Virus record (IMG/VR): IMGVR_UViG_3300024513_000016 | Location: 32,001-96,000 of that record | Strand: one strand, 5' to 3' | Length of the DNA: 64,000 bases | Source of the DNA: a virus | Shown: positions 30,709 to 40,426 of the stretch, in pieces | Numbering within the stretch: position 1 is the first letter of the stretch | Layout: each line of letters starts with the position of its first letter | The notes under the pieces: model-generated | Databases searched by the model: none | What the model was told of the DNA's origin: nothing | Seen by the model: only the letters and a program-made list of their open reading frames with translations | Position numbers and translations under genes: made by a program

Positions 30709-32420
30709 TATGCGAAAGATAAATTGGTTAAAAGAATTGTCTTAACTAAACTATTTACCACAGCACCTTCAGATGGTCCAGTGACTACTACCTGATTGCC
30801 ATTACCTCCACCACCTGAAGGAATAATAATTGGTTTTTGAGAACCACCACCCCCACCTCCAGATGCAATAATCATTGGTCTATCAATAATATAAGATTGC
30901 CCCTGAGAATAAGAAGGATAATATGCAACCATCTGAGGTTGAATATTTTGGGAAATTGAATCTGGTGCAAGTGAAACCATAGATTCATATGCAGAACTAG
31001 ATTGCATAGATGGAGGTTGAATTTTTGGAGATGTTTCTGCAGATTTAATTGCAGATTCTTCATTTCCCGCAAAAGATGTTTTAACTTCACCAAGTTTCAT
31101 TCCCACATCTGATGCTTTTCTTTCTGTAACTTTAACCGATCCACCAAATCTAAAATAAGAAGATGCAACACCTTTGGGATTTACTGGTTTAGTTCCAGGT
31201 CCCCCAGGTCTATACTCAAAATGAACATGAGGTCCAGTAGATCTTCCAGTGCTACCTTGATTACCAATGACAGTCCCTGGTGATATTCTTTGACCTTTTT
31301 TTACATTTACTCTACTTAAATGTCCATAAAAAGTTTCAGAACCATTATCATGTTTTACTGCAACCCAATTTCCATATCCTGCTTCAGTACCAACATCTAC
31401 AACTCCTGCCTGTAGAATGGAAACTGGTGCAGTTGGATTTGGATGTGCAAAATCTGCACCATTATGCATTTTACCCCATCTCCACCCATACCCAGATGTA
31501 AAATGCTTTGATGGATCATCTCCACCTTCTGCAGTAGTTACTGCACCAACCTCTTCAGTTGAAGGTTGTTCATCAATATAAGAAGTATCTACCTCTCCAG
31601 TTGCATCTTCCATGGGAGGGGCACCATCTTCACCCATTAATGATGCACCAAATCCACTCACAAATTTTTCAAATTTTGACACAACACTATCAAATCTCGA
31701 AACTACCTGATCAAATCCCGTAGTACTTTGAGCAGATAATTTTTGCTTTACTTCTTGTTCTTTTATTTTTTGCTCTGTTTTTTCTTTGAGAGATGTACCA
31801 GAAGTAAAATCCATTGCTCGATCTGCAGCATATCCACCTAAAAATCCACCAGCCATACTGCCAAGAACAAAACCTAGACCTGGTACAGGTATCAGTGCCT
31901 GACCTATGGCACCACCAAGCATAGACCCCGCAAGAGATCCTCCTGCCCCTGCTGCAGCCTTCCCTATACCTTCACCCTGTTGAAGTCCAGTGGCAAAGTC
32001 CAACCCCGCAAAAACAGCATTAGCAATTCCCAATGCTCGAATTCCACCAAGTCTAATTCTACCACCTCTTATCGATGGTTTTCCACCTGGAGTTTTAGAT
32101 TTAGGAGAACTTCCAACTTTCTCACCACGTCCAGGAAAAAATCCTCTTACTAACCCACCAAGATCTAAAGCACCACTTAATAATGATCCCAAAAGGCCAC
32201 CTGCATTTCCAAATGTATTAACGATATTAATATTTGCTAGTTGCCTTATTTTTTTCTCATCTGGTAATTTTATTCTTTCAATTTCAAATTTTCTAACTTC
32301 TAAGAAGTTCATAAATTGATTAAATTCCCCTTGAGCCTTAGGAAGTGCTCGATTGGAACGATTTCCAATAGATACAATATTATTTGCTGCAGTTGCTAAT
32401 GGTGATGATAGTACTGCCAT
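30708..32420 (-). CDS. Tail/baseplate protein with M23 metallopeptidase domain
   Basis: HNGADF...GYGNWV...YGHLS...GSTGRSTGPHVHFE; Gly/Ala-rich hydrophobic segment. Confidence 0.85.
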   Translation of the reverse strand: MAVLSSPLATAANNIVSIGNRSNRALPKAQGEFNQFMNFLEVRKFEIERIKLPDEKKIRQLANINIVNTFGNAGGLLGSLLSGALDLGGLVRGFFPGRGEKVGSSPKSKTPGGKPSIRGGRIRLGGIRALGIANAVFAGLDFATGLQQGEGIGKAAAGAGGSLAGSMLGGAIGQALIPVPGLGFVLGSMAGGFLGGYAADRAMDFTSGTSLKEKTEQKIKEQEVKQKLSAQSTTGFDQVVSRFDSVVSKFEKFVSGFGASLMGEDGAPPMEDATGEVDTSYIDEQPSTEEVGAVTTAEGGDDPSKHFTSGYGWRWGKMHNGADFAHPNPTAPVSILQAGVVDVGTEAGYGNWVAVKHDNGSETFYGHLSRVNVKKGQRISPGTVIGNQGSTGRSTGPHVHFEYRPGGPGTKPVNPKGVASSYFRFGGSVKVTERKASDVGMKLGEVKTSFAGNEESAIKSAETSPKIQPPSMQSSSAYESMVSLAPDSISQNIQPQMVAYYPSYSQGQSYIIDRPMIIASGGGGGGSQKPIIIPSGGGGNGNQVVVTGPSEGAVVNSLVKTILLTNLSFA

Positions 32421-32421
32421 A

Positions 32422-34365
32422 TTATCCGTCCACTATATTGTATACCATTCTAGAATACATGACAAAGAAATTATCAGGATTAGATGTAGGTAAAAATGGA
32501 ACTTCAGGACCTGCATGTTGCTGGGGTGGTGGGGCAATTACTTCACCCGTAGATTGGGGTTGCTGCTGTGCTCCCATATTCATAATTTGTGGTGGCAATT
32601 GTATCATCTGAGGTGCCTGTTGTGCAGGTTGTGATATATCTTGCGATCTTGTTTGTGTTGCTTGTGTTTGTGTAGGTGCTGCAGATACTTGAGATTGTTG
32701 TGTTGGAGATGTAGCAACTGTTGGTGATTTTAATGATTTTGAATAAGATCTTTGAATATCACTCAAAGATTTTACAGATTGTCCATAATAACTTTTACCA
32801 CTTAAAGTTGGAAATGAAGCCCATACTGGGGCCAACTTATTAACAACATTTGCAGATAATCCTTCTTTAGATAATAATTCTGGAGTAACTCCTTTTTCAT
32901 AAGCTAACCATAAAGCAGCTTCATCTTGTTTTTGTGGAGTGAATGGTTCATTTGGTTTCAATACTCCTTTATTGACAAGATCTTGTAAAGTATTAGGCAT
33001 AAATTGATATCTTCCAGTAGCCCCACTCCATTTATGTTTACTTCCAGGTTTTCCAAAAGTATTTCCAAGATCAATAACATCTTTGACAGTCAATTTACCT
33101 TGTTCTAAATCTTTATTTACTTCACCTCCAGATACTGTTCCATAACTTCCTTGAGTTCCTTCAGCAAAAGATATAGCATCTAACATAGCTTTTTGCTCTG
33201 GTGTTCCAGACATAGCTCCTGGACCACCAGAACCCGGTGGAGGTTCCCGACTAGGTGCTGCACCTCCTCCTCCACCACCAGATGTTGTAGAACCCTTTTT
33301 TTCACTCTTACTGATTAAATTTTCTACTGCATTTGAAAATCTATCTATTATTGCAGATAAACTATCAATCATATTTGAAGGAAGCATTCCAGTAGAAGGA
33401 ACTGCCTGAGCCTCTGAAAGTTTTCTTTCTTGGAATTCTTTTGCAGCAAACATTCCCGTAGCACCTAATCCAAGTCCACCTAAACCTATAGCACCCATTC
33501 TTAAAAGAGATGATCCCCTTCCCCTACCCACATTTCTTACAGAAGGTCCTGCAGATTGCTTCAATCTTCCACCGGGAACTCCAACATCAATATTCAATCC
33601 ACCTGCATTAGGATTTGCTCTAGGTAAATTGGAAAGTTGATTTACAATTTTTATAATTGTTTGACGAAGTACTTTTGCAATATCAAAACTATTTTGAAAT
33701 AACTTACGAAGTGCTTTTAAATTATCTTCTACTTTTTTTATATTTTTTACGTTACCAAAGAAATTAACAAACCCTATAGCATTTCTATAAAGATCTAAAA
33801 ACTTTCCTAAAATAGTAGAAGGTTTAGTATCATCTATGCCCTTTATTTTTTGTTGATAATCTTTTGAAAAATTACTTATAGTATTTGAAAGTACTTGTTG
33901 AGATTGTGCCTGAATATTTTGAACTACTTGCTGTATTTGTGTAACAGGTGTTACTGATTGTACGGGAGTCTTCGAAACATTATCCTGTAAACTAGAAATA
34001 GTTTTTGACAAATCTTTTTTAAGATTGTCTATGGTAGATTGAGTGTTTGAGATATTTTTATATAATTCATCTCTTAGAGAATTTATTTTTTTATCTACAT
34101 CACTTAATATAAAATTTGTAGTATTTTTTATTGAATTATCTACATTATTAACAATATTATTGGAAATACTACTAACCAGATTATTAATATCAGGTCTGAC
34201 AGGAGATACTGGTTCTCTAGAAAAACCTACAATCTTATTTGCAGCAGATCCTACCACAGAAGATCCCAGAGGAGCAGTTTCACCAGTAAAAAATTTTTGA
34301 AATGCTTCTGGGTTTCTTTTCTGTTGCCCTATTATTTTTTGTGGACTTAGGACACTACTGACCAT
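32422..34365 (-). CDS. Tail/baseplate protein with lambda-lysozyme-like muramidase domain
   Basis: AMLDAISFAEGT...ATGRYQF...FTPQKQDEAA...LAPVWASFP. Confidence 0.8.
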   Translation of the reverse strand: MVSSVLSPQKIIGQQKRNPEAFQKFFTGETAPLGSSVVGSAANKIVGFSREPVSPVRPDINNLVSSISNNIVNNVDNSIKNTTNFILSDVDKKINSLRDELYKNISNTQSTIDNLKKDLSKTISSLQDNVSKTPVQSVTPVTQIQQVVQNIQAQSQQVLSNTISNFSKDYQQKIKGIDDTKPSTILGKFLDLYRNAIGFVNFFGNVKNIKKVEDNLKALRKLFQNSFDIAKVLRQTIIKIVNQLSNLPRANPNAGGLNIDVGVPGGRLKQSAGPSVRNVGRGRGSSLLRMGAIGLGGLGLGATGMFAAKEFQERKLSEAQAVPSTGMLPSNMIDSLSAIIDRFSNAVENLISKSEKKGSTTSGGGGGGAAPSREPPPGSGGPGAMSGTPEQKAMLDAISFAEGTQGSYGTVSGGEVNKDLEQGKLTVKDVIDLGNTFGKPGSKHKWSGATGRYQFMPNTLQDLVNKGVLKPNEPFTPQKQDEAALWLAYEKGVTPELLSKEGLSANVVNKLAPVWASFPTLSGKSYYGQSVKSLSDIQRSYSKSLKSPTVATSPTQQSQVSAAPTQTQATQTRSQDISQPAQQAPQMIQLPPQIMNMGAQQQPQSTGEVIAPPPQQHAGPEVPFLPTSNPDNFFVMYSRMVYNIVDG

Positions 34366-34537
34366 TTTGCTGCTGTTTTAATTTTTCTTCTTCAATATGC
34401 TGCTGTAGTAATGCTAAATAGATTTCCCTCTCATATGGAATCATATTTTCCACCTCAGTCAAAGAGTATTTATGATACTGCATGAGTGCAAAATTAATTC
34501 GATAATAACTCTCCAACTCCATATACGACATCATCAA
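34355..34537 (-). CDS. g51: Baseplate hub assembly catalyst gp51
   Basis: YYRINFALMQYHKYSLTEVENMIPYEREIY. Confidence 0.85.
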   Translation of the reverse strand: MMMSYMELESYYRINFALMQYHKYSLTEVENMIPYEREIYLALLQQHIEEEKLKQQQNGQ

Positions 34538-35262
34538 CCGAAAAAACTTGTCAATCCCTCCAACTTAACAGTATTTTCAACTTTAGTTTTTGGATTAATG
34601 ACTGTTATAGTATGAGATAAAACAGGCATAGTTTCAAAGAATTTTTCAATTTCTTTGAATTGTTGAGTATTCATACTATCAATAAATTCAAAAAGTTCTT
34701 TTTTAGTGCAGTCTGATGCACTCCAAGAATCTTCTGAATTGAAAATAATATCAATACATGAAGCAATAATATCAAATGATTTTTCAATGTTTGAAGAACT
34801 TTGCTCTGAAGTAAAATCGAAATTGTTTTTAATGAATTGCTCTAAAGATGGATACTTCATTCTAAGAACTAGGTTATCATCTAGTTTAATATCTTTAGAA
34901 TGTTCTGGAGATTTCTCCACCTTTATTTCATCAATGTATATTGTTACTGGAACTTGAGTTTCTCCATCATCACTACAAGTTATTATTAGATCTAAAGATT
35001 CACCTACAGATTTTCCTCTAACATTTAAGAAAATATATTCAATGTCAAAGGTAGGAAGTTCTTCTACTTTAATACCTTTAGTAATAATACATTCTTTTAA
35101 AATTTGTTTTATAGCATTAGTAATTTGTTTATTATCTCTACTTTCTAATGCAAGAAGTAATATTTTTTCTTCTTTAACTAAAAATGGTCTATATTTAATT
35201 GTTTTTTCAGTTGATGGCAAAATCAACTCAAATATTGGAGTACTAATCTTAGGTAATGGCAT
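34534..35262 (-). CDS. g26: Baseplate hub subunit gp26
   Basis: MPLPKI...YRPFLVKEEKILL...FDIEYIFLNVRGKSVGE...LEGLTSFF. Confidence 0.9.
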   Translation of the reverse strand: MPLPKISTPIFELILPSTEKTIKYRPFLVKEEKILLLALESRDNKQITNAIKQILKECIITKGIKVEELPTFDIEYIFLNVRGKSVGESLDLIITCSDDGETQVPVTIYIDEIKVEKSPEHSKDIKLDDNLVLRMKYPSLEQFIKNNFDFTSEQSSSNIEKSFDIIASCIDIIFNSEDSWSASDCTKKELFEFIDSMNTQQFKEIEKFFETMPVLSHTITVINPKTKVENTVKLEGLTSFFG

Positions 35263-35284
35263 ACTTTACAATAATAAGTAATGA

Positions 35285-35292
35285 TATTTATT
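35285..35292 (-). promoter_or_regulatory. T4-type late promoter
   Basis: AATAAATA upstream of g26. Confidence 0.55.
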
Positions 35293-35300
35293 TCTTTTAT

Positions 35301-36071
35301 TCAAAGTAAATCGTCAGTTCCTTTATTGTATTCGATAACATATCTATTGTAATCGAAAGTAACTGTTGTTTTTGTGATTGTACTTCCTTCATATGTAACT
35401 GGAATAGCAGTAATATTTGTAGGGAAAGCTTCAATCATTCTATAAGTTAATGATGGAACATTGCCAAGTTGATTAGAAACATTAGTAAGATTTCCTGGAT
35501 TTTTTAAAAAGTTTCTTTCAAATTTTACTATAGATATAGTTCTTTTATATGTGTTTGGATATCTAAATCTGAAAAAATCTGTTCTATCTTTTGCATCACC
35601 TTGACCACTTCGAGTTCCAGGATAAACACCATTTTTACCATAAATTGGATTGATATAATTCATCCATTCTTCAAATAATCTCAACATTCTATAGTCTTTA
35701 TCAACATAAAAAGTCATGGTAAATGGAGCATAAACTCTTCTATTTGGAAACCTTTCCAAAACTCCCTGACGACTTCCTATTTCTTCAATGGTATCAAAAG
35801 TTGCACCAGGTAATGCAGCATCAGAACAATAAAAATTATAGTACTCATTTATTTCTGCATTATCAGTCAATCCAACTTGATTTAAATATTGACTTAAAAA
35901 GTCTCCAGCATTTGTCAAGTGTAAAGCAACTTTAAATTGACTTGTTACCGATAATGCACCAAAAATTTCTAATGCACCTGGAAGATTAACACTACCATCA
36001 GTTCTTCCAGTAGTTTGCTTTATGTATAATGGTCCTATATCTGGTTTACCTTTGCCTTGCTCCTGAGCCAT
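35301..36071 (-). CDS. Tail tube-like protein (gp19/gp54 family)
   Basis: CSDAALPG...MTFYVDKDY...FEEWMNYI...YRMIEAFPTNI...TVTFDY. Confidence 0.75.
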   Translation of the reverse strand: MAQEQGKGKPDIGPLYIKQTTGRTDGSVNLPGALEIFGALSVTSQFKVALHLTNAGDFLSQYLNQVGLTDNAEINEYYNFYCSDAALPGATFDTIEEIGSRQGVLERFPNRRVYAPFTMTFYVDKDYRMLRLFEEWMNYINPIYGKNGVYPGTRSGQGDAKDRTDFFRFRYPNTYKRTISIVKFERNFLKNPGNLTNVSNQLGNVPSLTYRMIEAFPTNITAIPVTYEGSTITKTTVTFDYNRYVIEYNKGTDDLL

Positions 36072-36072
36072 C

Positions 36073-36151
36073 TATAAATACAATAAACCTTTTTAGTATT
36101 TATGGTGCATAAGGAAGATCGGTCATATTTTTAAAAAGTTAGATATAAATA
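36073..36151. promoter_or_regulatory. Divergent late promoters
   Basis: TATAAATA on + at 36073 and 36144; CATAAATA on - near 36097-36104. Confidence 0.75.
36102..36134 (+). pseudogene. Possible relic 5' end of g4 (MVHKEDRSYF*)
   Basis: Short ORF at a normal distance from the 36073 late promoter, cut off just before the endonuclease cassette; interpretation is inferred. Confidence 0.4.
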
Positions 36152-36174
36152 TAAGGGAGATCCTACACAACAAT

Positions 36175-36834
36175 ATGTTTGTTTATCAAATAGTCAATAA
36201 AATCAATAATAAAAAATATATTGGCATAACATCTAGATCATTGAATAAAAGATTTAATGAACATAAAAAACAATTAAATTGTGGGATAGCATCAGCACTG
36301 GTAAAATACGGAGAAGAAAATTTTTATATAGAAAAACTAGAAGAATGTAAAAATTGGGAAGACTTGTTGGAAAAAGAAAAATTATGGATTAATAAAATAA
36401 ATCCAGAATATAATAAAACTTTAGGTGGAGAAGGATTATTAGGATTTAAACATTCAAAAGAAACTAAAGAAAAAATAAGTTTAAAAAATAAAGGAAAACC
36501 TACTCCAGATCCAAATGGTGAAAGATTAAAAGAATATAGAGAATTACATGGAAATTTTTGGGTTGGAAAAAAACATACGGAAGAATATAAAAAATTAAAA
36601 TCTATAGATAGATTAAATTACTATAAAACAGAAAAAGGAATAAAACAAAAAGAACAAATATCAAAAACTTTAAAAGAAAAAGGAATAAAACCTCCCAATA
36701 ATACTTTAGGAATAACAAAAGGGACATCCTGGTGGAATAATGGAAAAATTAATAAAAGATCAGTCGAAAGTCCAGGAGATGATTTTATGCCAGGAAGAAT
36801 AAAAGGTAAATGGAAATGGAATAAAAAGAAATGA
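36175..36834 (+). mobile_element. Free-standing GIY-YIG (Seg-like) homing endonuclease with NUMOD3 motifs
   Basis: FVYQIVNKINNKKYIGIT...RFNEH...EKLWI...YNKTLGGEG; HSKETKEKIS, GKKHTEEYK. Confidence 0.9.
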
Positions 36835-37277
36835 AAAATTATATTCAAGGAAGATATTCACCAAAACTACCAGAAAAATATAATGGAAATCCATGTGAAA
36901 TATATTATAGAAGTTCATATGAACTCAAAATGTTTCAATATTGTGATTTAAATGAAAATATAATTTATTGGGAAAGTGAAGAAAAAATCATTCATTATCT
37001 TGATCCAATTACTGGAAAATATAAAAGATACTTTCCAGATATATTCATCAAATATAAAGATAAAACTGGAAATATAAGAAAAGCACTTATTGAAATAAAA
37101 CCAGCTAAAGATTTAATAGAACCTGAAAAAAATCCAAAAAGAAAAACCAAATCATGGGTATATAAAGTTCAAACGTGGGTGAGGAACAATGCAAAATGGG
37201 AAGCAGCTAAAAAAACATGTGAGCAAAATGGTTGGGAATTTCGTGTATTTACTGAAAAAGAATTAGGAATAAAATAA
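36831..37277 (+). CDS. g4: Head completion nuclease gp4
   Basis: YRSSYELKMFQYCD...WESEE...RYFPD...EIKP...NNAKWEAA...FTEKEL. Confidence 0.92.
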   Translation: MKNYIQGRYSPKLPEKYNGNPCEIYYRSSYELKMFQYCDLNENIIYWESEEKIIHYLDPITGKYKRYFPDIFIKYKDKTGNIRKALIEIKPAKDLIEPEKNPKRKTKSWVYKVQTWVRNNAKWEAAKKTCEQNGWEFRVFTEKELGIK

Positions 37278-37792
37278 TGATCTCAGAAGATATAACAAAA
37301 AGAACTGGTGGAAAATATCAAAGTGGAAATTGGTGGACCAATGCACTTATGAATGAATTGAGTTCATATCAAAAAAAGAATATAAATGAGTTAGATACCT
37401 ATTTTATATCACCGGGAGATCTAGTATTCTTCTTATATTCTGCACAATATCCACAAAAATATCAATTCTGGGATCAACATCCATTAGTCTATGTGATTGA
37501 AGTAAATCCAAGAAAAGGTTTATTTTTAGGATCAAATGTTCACTACTTAAGTCCAGCATACAGAGGTGCTGTCACTAAATCTTATCTAAATAAAAAAGGA
37601 ACTGTAAATGCACCCAGAAAAACATTAAAGAATTACCTTTTTGGTAATGTAGTTACTGATTTCTATAAAGTTCCCGAAGAAGATTGGGAGGGTGTTTCAT
37701 TATTACCAACTGAAAGTTTTGTTGATAAAAAAGGACAAAAAGTTCCCAAATATAAAGTTTGGGATTATCCAGATTCACTTTCTTCCCCATAA
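37277..37792 (+). CDS. g2: DNA end protector gp2-like
   Basis: PGDLVFFLYSA...FWDQHPLV...GSNVHYL...LPTESF; synteny g4-g2-g48-g53. Confidence 0.75.
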   Translation: MISEDITKRTGGKYQSGNWWTNALMNELSSYQKKNINELDTYFISPGDLVFFLYSAQYPQKYQFWDQHPLVYVIEVNPRKGLFLGSNVHYLSPAYRGAVTKSYLNKKGTVNAPRKTLKNYLFGNVVTDFYKVPEEDWEGVSLLPTESFVDKKGQKVPKYKVWDYPDSLSSP

Positions 37793-39264
37793 TGGCATAT
37801 CAATATCTAAATGACAATCGATATAGATGTGAAACATGTGGTCCACTTGGACTTCAACTTGCATTGCAATATGACCCCAAAACTGGAGACTATAGGTTAG
37901 TAGAAAAAAATCTATTGGGAACTGGGTCAGCAGTATTCTATCAGAATGGTGTATGGTACTCTGATGCAATAAGAGATCCAAAATTATTTGAGGATGGGGA
38001 TCCAAATAAACCAACAGCATTATCTAGACAACTAAGTGAAAATCTTAGAAAAGAAGTGTATTCTGCATATCAAGCTTATGGTGGACAAAATAAAGGAAAT
38101 AAAGTAAACAACTCTGCATTACCACAAAATCAAAAAGCAGATCCTGGAGTAACAAATGCATATCCTGGAACTTCACCTACAGTCCCAGGTCCACTTTCTG
38201 CTCCACCTGGACAAGGAAATTTATTAGATCCAGGATTGTCTATAGATGTTACAGAATATTTTGGTGGTGATAATTTAAAAACTATAGTAAAAGATAAAGC
38301 AAATTTATTATATCCATTAGATATTTTAAAGACACAACAAGATACACTTCAAATCACACAATTTACATATAAAGCACCAAGGGGTGAAACATTTTTAACT
38401 AATAAACCAATAGATACTTTAACTCAAGGAGTTCAAAGGAATTCTGCGTTAAGAGATCTAATTGGTACTGTAGTATTACCAATACCAAATAATGCTATGG
38501 ATAGTAATAACGTGAGTTGGGGTTCTGATCATATGAACAATCTTACTGCTGCAGTTACTGCTTCATATATTCAAAATCCAGGTGCAGCTTTAACTGGAAC
38601 AATGGCAGCACAAATTCCACAACTTGCCGGATTACCAATTCCACCTGCAGCACTAGCACAAATAGGTGCCATTATGGGTGCAGGTGGACTTCAAGCATTA
38701 AATAATCCTCAAGCAAAAACTGCATTATTATCATTATTATTAAACCAAGCAAACTTCCAAGTTTCTCCAGAGAGTATTCTTGCAAGAGGATTTGGTGTTA
38801 TTCCAAACTCAAATCTTGAATTATTATTCAATAGTCCAACTATAAGACAATTTTCGTTTGCTTATAGATTAAGTCCAAGAAGTGAAGAGGAATCTAGGAA
38901 TGTTAGAAAAATTATTAGATTTTTCAAGCAAGGAATGGCACCTAGAAAAATAACATCTCAAGCAGGAGGAAACTCCCTTTTACTAGGAACTCCAAATGTA
39001 TTTAAATTACAATATAAAACTGTTGGAGATCAAGAAATTGAAGGTATGAATAAATTTAAAATATGTGCTTTAGTAGGATACTCAGTAAATTATAGTCCAG
39101 ATGGACAATGGGCAGCATATGATAAAGGACAACCAGTGTCTGTAACTATGAACATGCAGTTTGAAGAGTTGGAACCAATTTACAATACCGATTATCAAGA
39201 AAGTGGACCACTGATCACCAGTGGAGATCAATCAAAAGTAGGTCCAAACGACGTAGGATACTGA
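37792..39264 (+). CDS. g48: Baseplate tail-tube cap gp48
   Basis: VLPIPNNAMDSNNVSW...NSNLELLFNSPTIRQFSF...KIIRFFKQGMAP...FEELEPIY; start taken at ATG 37792. Confidence 0.85.
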   Translation: MAYQYLNDNRYRCETCGPLGLQLALQYDPKTGDYRLVEKNLLGTGSAVFYQNGVWYSDAIRDPKLFEDGDPNKPTALSRQLSENLRKEVYSAYQAYGGQNKGNKVNNSALPQNQKADPGVTNAYPGTSPTVPGPLSAPPGQGNLLDPGLSIDVTEYFGGDNLKTIVKDKANLLYPLDILKTQQDTLQITQFTYKAPRGETFLTNKPIDTLTQGVQRNSALRDLIGTVVLPIPNNAMDSNNVSWGSDHMNNLTAAVTASYIQNPGAALTGTMAAQIPQLAGLPIPPAALAQIGAIMGAGGLQALNNPQAKTALLSLLLNQANFQVSPESILARGFGVIPNSNLELLFNSPTIRQFSFAYRLSPRSEEESRNVRKIIRFFKQGMAPRKITSQAGGNSLLLGTPNVFKLQYKTVGDQEIEGMNKFKICALVGYSVNYSPDGQWAAYDKGQPVSVTMNMQFEELEPIYNTDYQESGPLITSGDQSKVGPNDVGY

Positions 39265-39265
39265 T

Positions 39266-40102
39266 ATGGCATACTTTAACGAACTACCAAATTTACAATA
39301 CGTTTCAAGATTTCCAAATCAATCTTCAAACGAAGATGTTACTCTGACAAAAAATCTTTTTAAAAGAGCAAAACTTCGTGAAGATATTGCCAATGTAGCA
39401 ACTGCTTTCGATTATTATCAAATAAAAGGAAATGAAAGAGCAGATCAAATAGCAGAAAGAGTTTATGGTGATTCCGAATTAGATTGGGTAATATTAATTA
39501 CAAACAATATCACAAATGTTCAAGATCAATGGCCTTTAGATGATGTAAGTTTCAGGAAACATCTTTTAGAAAAATATGGTTCTGAAGACAATTTATATAA
39601 AAGAAAGCATTATGAAACTATTGAAAGTCGTGATGAATATAATCGTGTAGTAGTTCCTGGAGGACTAGTCGTAGATGATGATATTAGTCAAGAATTTAAA
39701 ACTACGGAAGAAAAGACTACATATAATCTTACATCATTCCCAAACACTACTCAACCATTAACTGTAAGTATAAATTTAAATCAAAAGATAAAAGTTACAA
39801 GTAGAGGAAATAAAACTAGTGATGTAATTATTGATGATATTAACATCACAACTTCAGTAATTTATGTAAGAGGTAAAGATAGAATTAGTAAAAGATCTGT
39901 AGTATTCCCAAATACTTTAAATGAATGGCCTAGAAGTTGGGGTGGTTCATTATCAATTAAACAAAGAAATGGAAATCAAATAAAAATTGATGTAGATGAT
40001 ATGATTGGAACTAAGGACATAAATATAGATACTCGATTATATGAAATTGTAGGAGAAGAATCTCCTACAGGTGGCATCACACCAGCATTCAGATTTAAAT
40101 AA
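39266..40102 (+). CDS. g53: Baseplate wedge gp53, N-terminal part plus extra domain
   Basis: MAYFNELPN...YQIKGNERADQIAERVYGDSELDWVILITNNI...QWPL...HYET. Confidence 0.85.
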   Translation: MAYFNELPNLQYVSRFPNQSSNEDVTLTKNLFKRAKLREDIANVATAFDYYQIKGNERADQIAERVYGDSELDWVILITNNITNVQDQWPLDDVSFRKHLLEKYGSEDNLYKRKHYETIESRDEYNRVVVPGGLVVDDDISQEFKTTEEKTTYNLTSFPNTTQPLTVSINLNQKIKVTSRGNKTSDVIIDDINITTSVIYVRGKDRISKRSVVFPNTLNEWPRSWGGSLSIKQRNGNQIKIDVDDMIGTKDINIDTRLYEIVGEESPTGGITPAFRFK

Positions 40103-40104
40103 AA

Positions 40105-40392
40105 ATGTCAACTCCATTACCAGGACTAACGATTAAAATTACATCTGAAACAGAATTAGAATATTTGAATACACAATATCAAATTATTCAAATTAGAAAT
40201 CAAATTAAAGAAGTTACTAATTATGAATATGAATTAAGAGAAAGAGAAAATAAAAGACAAATTTTAATTTTAAAACCTGAATATCTATCAGTAATGCTAA
40301 GTGATATGAGAAACATTATGAAGTATGGTCCATCATCTCAATACATAGATGATAAAACTAAAAAAGTATATAATCCTAAATTAAAAAGTTAA
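40105..40392 (+). CDS. g53: Baseplate wedge gp53, C-terminal part as a separate ORF
   Basis: VTNYEYELRENENKRQILILKPEYL...NIMKY is the usual gp53 C-terminus. Confidence 0.75.
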   Translation: MSTPLPGLTIKITSETELEYLNTQYQIIQIRNQIKEVTNYEYELRERENKRQILILKPEYLSVMLSDMRNIMKYGPSSQYIDDKTKKVYNPKLKS

Positions 40393-40420
40393 AAAAAGAC
40401 CCCCAACTGGGGGTCTTTTA
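40392..40420. terminator. Bidirectional terminator between convergent g53 and g32
   Basis: AAAAAAAGACCCCCA-AC-TGGGGGTCTTTT. Confidence 0.9.
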
Positions 40421-40426
40421 ATTTAA

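Noticed and set aside
317-35935. Numerous short plus-strand ORFs antisense to structural genes, and alternative-frame ORFs in the Gly-rich gene
   Set aside because: Shadow ORFs from biased codon usage, with no ribosome sites or recognisable motifs.
36135-36834. Group I intron in g4
   Set aside because: Only about 40 nt precede the endonuclease ORF and none follow it, leaving no room for a ribozyme core.
40090-40107. Canonical -1 programmed frameshift joining the two g53 parts
   Set aside because: No in-frame X XXY YYZ heptamer, a TAA at 40096 in the -1 frame, and no obvious downstream stimulatory structure; non-canonical recoding is not fully excluded.
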